Source of the DNA: Alphaproteobacteria bacterium
GTDB taxonomy: Bacteria; Pseudomonadota; Alphaproteobacteria; CALKHQ01
Assembly (NCBI GenBank): GCA_965227515.1
Contig: CBDDFZ010000001.1
Location: 3,776,001 to 3,840,000, forward strand
Length of the DNA stretch: 64,000 nt
Direction of reading: 5' to 3'
Positions 61,732 through 64,000 of the stretch are shown piece after piece. The position numbers and the translations under genes are program-made. The notes under the pieces were generated by a model. That model saw nothing but the letters and a program-made list of their open reading frames with translations. It had not been told where the DNA came from and did no database searches. Position 1 is the stretch's first letter; each line of letters opens with the position of its first letter.

Positions 61732-63893
61732 GACTTCTGACCCATCAGCTTCGGCACGATGACGTCCGGTGCCGCGTCCGCTACCAACATGCCGCGATGG
61801 AACACCACCACCCGGTCAGCCAGTTTCATGTGGCTGGGGCGGTGGGTCACGTAGATCACGGTCGCACGGCCGCGCACCGCCGTGAGCGCGGTCATGAACG
61901 ACGAGTCGCCGGCGTTGTCGAGTGCCGCCGATGCCTCGTCCAACAGCAGGATCGCCGGGCGGCGCACATAGGCGCGCGCTAGCGCCAAACGCTGCATGAA
62001 GCCGGCAGGGAAGCCCGCATTGCGATGGTCGCCGATGCGGGTCGCAAACCCTTCGGGCAATGCCTCAATTTCCTTCAGGACCGCCGCGAGCCGGCACGCC
62101 TCGGCCAGATCCTCATCGGACGCCGCCGGGTTCGACATGCGCAGGTTCTGGCCGATGGTGCCGTAGAAGCTGACCGGCACCTGGGGCACGTAGCCGATGG
62201 ACTGGCGGAGCTCGATGGGGTCGAGCTGGCGGGTGTCGATGCCGTCGATCTCCACCACGCCGGCGCTCTGGCGATAGAGGCCCAGCACGATCTTCAACAG
62301 CGTGGACTTGCCCGAGCCGCTGGCGCCGGTGACGGCGATCAATTGCCCCGGCTGGATATTGAGGCTGACACCCTGCAGCGCCGGATCGTTGCCCCCGGCA
62401 TAGCGGTGGCTGACGTTGGTGAGCTGGATGTGACCGCGGTAGAGGATGCGCTGCGACGACCGCGAGGTGGAGCGCTTCTCGCCCTGGAACCGCATCAACT
62501 GGTTGAGCTGACGCACCGACTGAATGATCTGCTCCAGGCGGTTGATCAGCATGAAGCCGGACTGGATCGGCGCCAGAACCCGCCAGATCAGGGTGGTGGT
62601 CGCGATCAGCGCGCCCACGGTCATCAGGCCGTCCATCACCCGCACGATGCCGAAGCCCAGGGTCGCGATGCCGGCCACCATCATGATCGAGATCGTGACG
62701 TTCTGGATGGTGGCGGTCTGCGCCGCGACCTTGAAGTTGGCCATGGCGACGTCGGCCGACAGGTCGCGGAAGCGTTCGGCCCACACCCGCTCGCCGGAGA
62801 GCTGCTTGATGGAGCGCATGTTGGCCAGCGCCTCGACCGCCAGGATGTGGCGCTCGGAGCGAACCTTGCCCGACTCCTTCACCTGCCGCTTCAACGCCGG
62901 CAGCGCGAAGATGCCGAGCACGATGAAGGCGAGGATCAGGACCAGCGGGATCGCGACCAGCGGCCCGGCGACCAGCCAGATCACCGCCAGGAAGACCACC
63001 ATGAACGGCAGGTCCATGGCCAGATTGGCCAGCGGCGAGGAGAAGAAATCGCGCAGGGACTCAAACTCCTTCAGGCGCGAGATCTGGCCGCCGACGGGCG
63101 CGCTGGCGGTGTAGCCGATGGGCAGCGACAGCACCTGCTCGAAGGCGGCCGTGCCGATCAGGAACTCCATCCGGGCCGCGATGTGCGACTGGATGCGCGC
63201 GCGCAGCGCCCGCATGCACAGCTCGATGCCCAGCGCGCCGAACACGCCGACCACCAGATAGACCAGCGTGTGCGGCGCCTGGGCGCCGATCACCCGGTCG
63301 AAGATGGTCATGATGGTCAGCGGCACGATGATCATCATGATGTTGGCGAAGAAGGTCAGCGCCAGCGCCCACGCCACCAGCCGGCGGAACCGCGAGGCGA
63401 TGCCGGCGAACCAGTTCTCCGGCGGCCGATCCTCGTTCTGGTGCGGAATGTCGATCGCCTCGATGACGTAGGCCGTACCTTCCGGCAGGTCCTTCGCAAG
63501 CTGGCGCTCTTGGCCCGTTTCAACGTCTAAGACGGTCGGTTGCCGCCCGCCGCTCAGCGCCACGAAGGGCACCCCGCGGTCGGAGACGAACAGCATCGGG
63601 AACATGCGCTCATCCAGGCGGGACAGGCGACCGCGGATCGGGGACGTGCGATACCCCAGCCGCACAAGGACGTTGCGCAGTTCGCCGAGGTCCAGGTCCT
63701 GCGCGAAGTGCGGCAGCGCCTCGGTCAGGTCGCGGGCATCGCCGCGCCAGCCGAGCACGTTCAAGAGCGGCATCAGGCAAGCCGAGAACGCGCTCAGCTC
63801 GGTCTGCCCGCCCGGTCCGATATTGTGCAGCGCGGCCTTCAGGGCTTCGGCCTGCTCTCCCGCGGTTTGCGCGGTGGCGAGCTGGATGCTCAT
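61728..63893 (-). CDS. Type I secretion ABC transporter with C39-like N-terminal domain
   Basis: Walker A GASGSGKST, LLLDE, THRPS, 6 TMs; signature degenerate (FPAGFMQ). Confidence 0.9.
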   Translation of the reverse strand: MSIQLATAQTAGEQAEALKAALHNIGPGGQTELSAFSACLMPLLNVLGWRGDARDLTEALPHFAQDLDLGELRNVLVRLGYRTSPIRGRLSRLDERMFPMLFVSDRGVPFVALSGGRQPTVLDVETGQERQLAKDLPEGTAYVIEAIDIPHQNEDRPPENWFAGIASRFRRLVAWALALTFFANIMMIIVPLTIMTIFDRVIGAQAPHTLVYLVVGVFGALGIELCMRALRARIQSHIAARMEFLIGTAAFEQVLSLPIGYTASAPVGGQISRLKEFESLRDFFSSPLANLAMDLPFMVVFLAVIWLVAGPLVAIPLVLILAFIVLGIFALPALKRQVKESGKVRSERHILAVEALANMRSIKQLSGERVWAERFRDLSADVAMANFKVAAQTATIQNVTISIMMVAGIATLGFGIVRVMDGLMTVGALIATTTLIWRVLAPIQSGFMLINRLEQIIQSVRQLNQLMRFQGEKRSTSRSSQRILYRGHIQLTNVSHRYAGGNDPALQGVSLNIQPGQLIAVTGASGSGKSTLLKIVLGLYRQSAGVVEIDGIDTRQLDPIELRQSIGYVPQVPVSFYGTIGQNLRMSNPAASDEDLAEACRLAAVLKEIEALPEGFATRIGDHRNAGFPAGFMQRLALARAYVRRPAILLLDEASAALDNAGDSSFMTALTAVRGRATVIYVTHRPSHMKLADRVVVFHRGMLVADAAPDVIVPKLMGQKS

Positions 63894-64000
63894 GACGCCG
63901 CCTGCACGGTCGGCGACGGCTGAACCGTCGCAGGCACCTGGCCGCTTTTCGCGGCCGGCCGCGGGGGCCCATCGGCTGCCGTCACCAGCTGGCCATTCAC
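63890..64000 (-). CDS. C-terminal fragment of the upstream gene, probably a second ABC transporter
   Basis: Open frame VNGQLVTAADG...VQAAS* with ATGA overlap onto the next start. Confidence 0.55.
   Translation of the reverse strand: MNGQLVTAADGPPRPAAKSGQVPATVQPSPTVQAAS

Overview
High-GC alphaproteobacterial chromosome segment (Rhodospirillales-like gene content; taxonomy inferred from gene order and motifs, not searched). The left 14.3 kb looks like an acquired island next to tRNA-fMet. It carries an alginate-type exopolysaccharide operon (algD-alg8-alg44-manC/algA-like-large helical-repeat gene running off the window), a divergent PAS/degenerate-kinase/REC/LuxR regulator, an IS630 scar, an RTX-PL7-RTX alginate lyase and a broken serine recombinase. 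A complete minus-strand rRNA operon follows (16S-tRNA-Ala-tRNA-Ile-23S with a helix-9 insertion-5S-tRNA-fMet). The rest is mostly core genes: rplM/rpsI, metY-like, cutA, dsbA-aroQ-accB-accC-aat, NDUFA12-mlaD, clpS/clpA, phasin, PadR-RND efflux, mmcB and a type I secretion system. Strongest candidates for novelty: (1) four sibling ~63-nt small-RNA genes at 58.5-59.8 kb, each with its own CRP-type box at about -41.5, an anti-Shine-Dalgarno loop and a terminator, next to a CRP-like gene; (2) the alginate synthesis/lyase island; (3) an intact but catalytically eroded NrdJ-like ORF that retains NrdR-like boxes. All calls are by eye, and start codons and rRNA ends are approximate.
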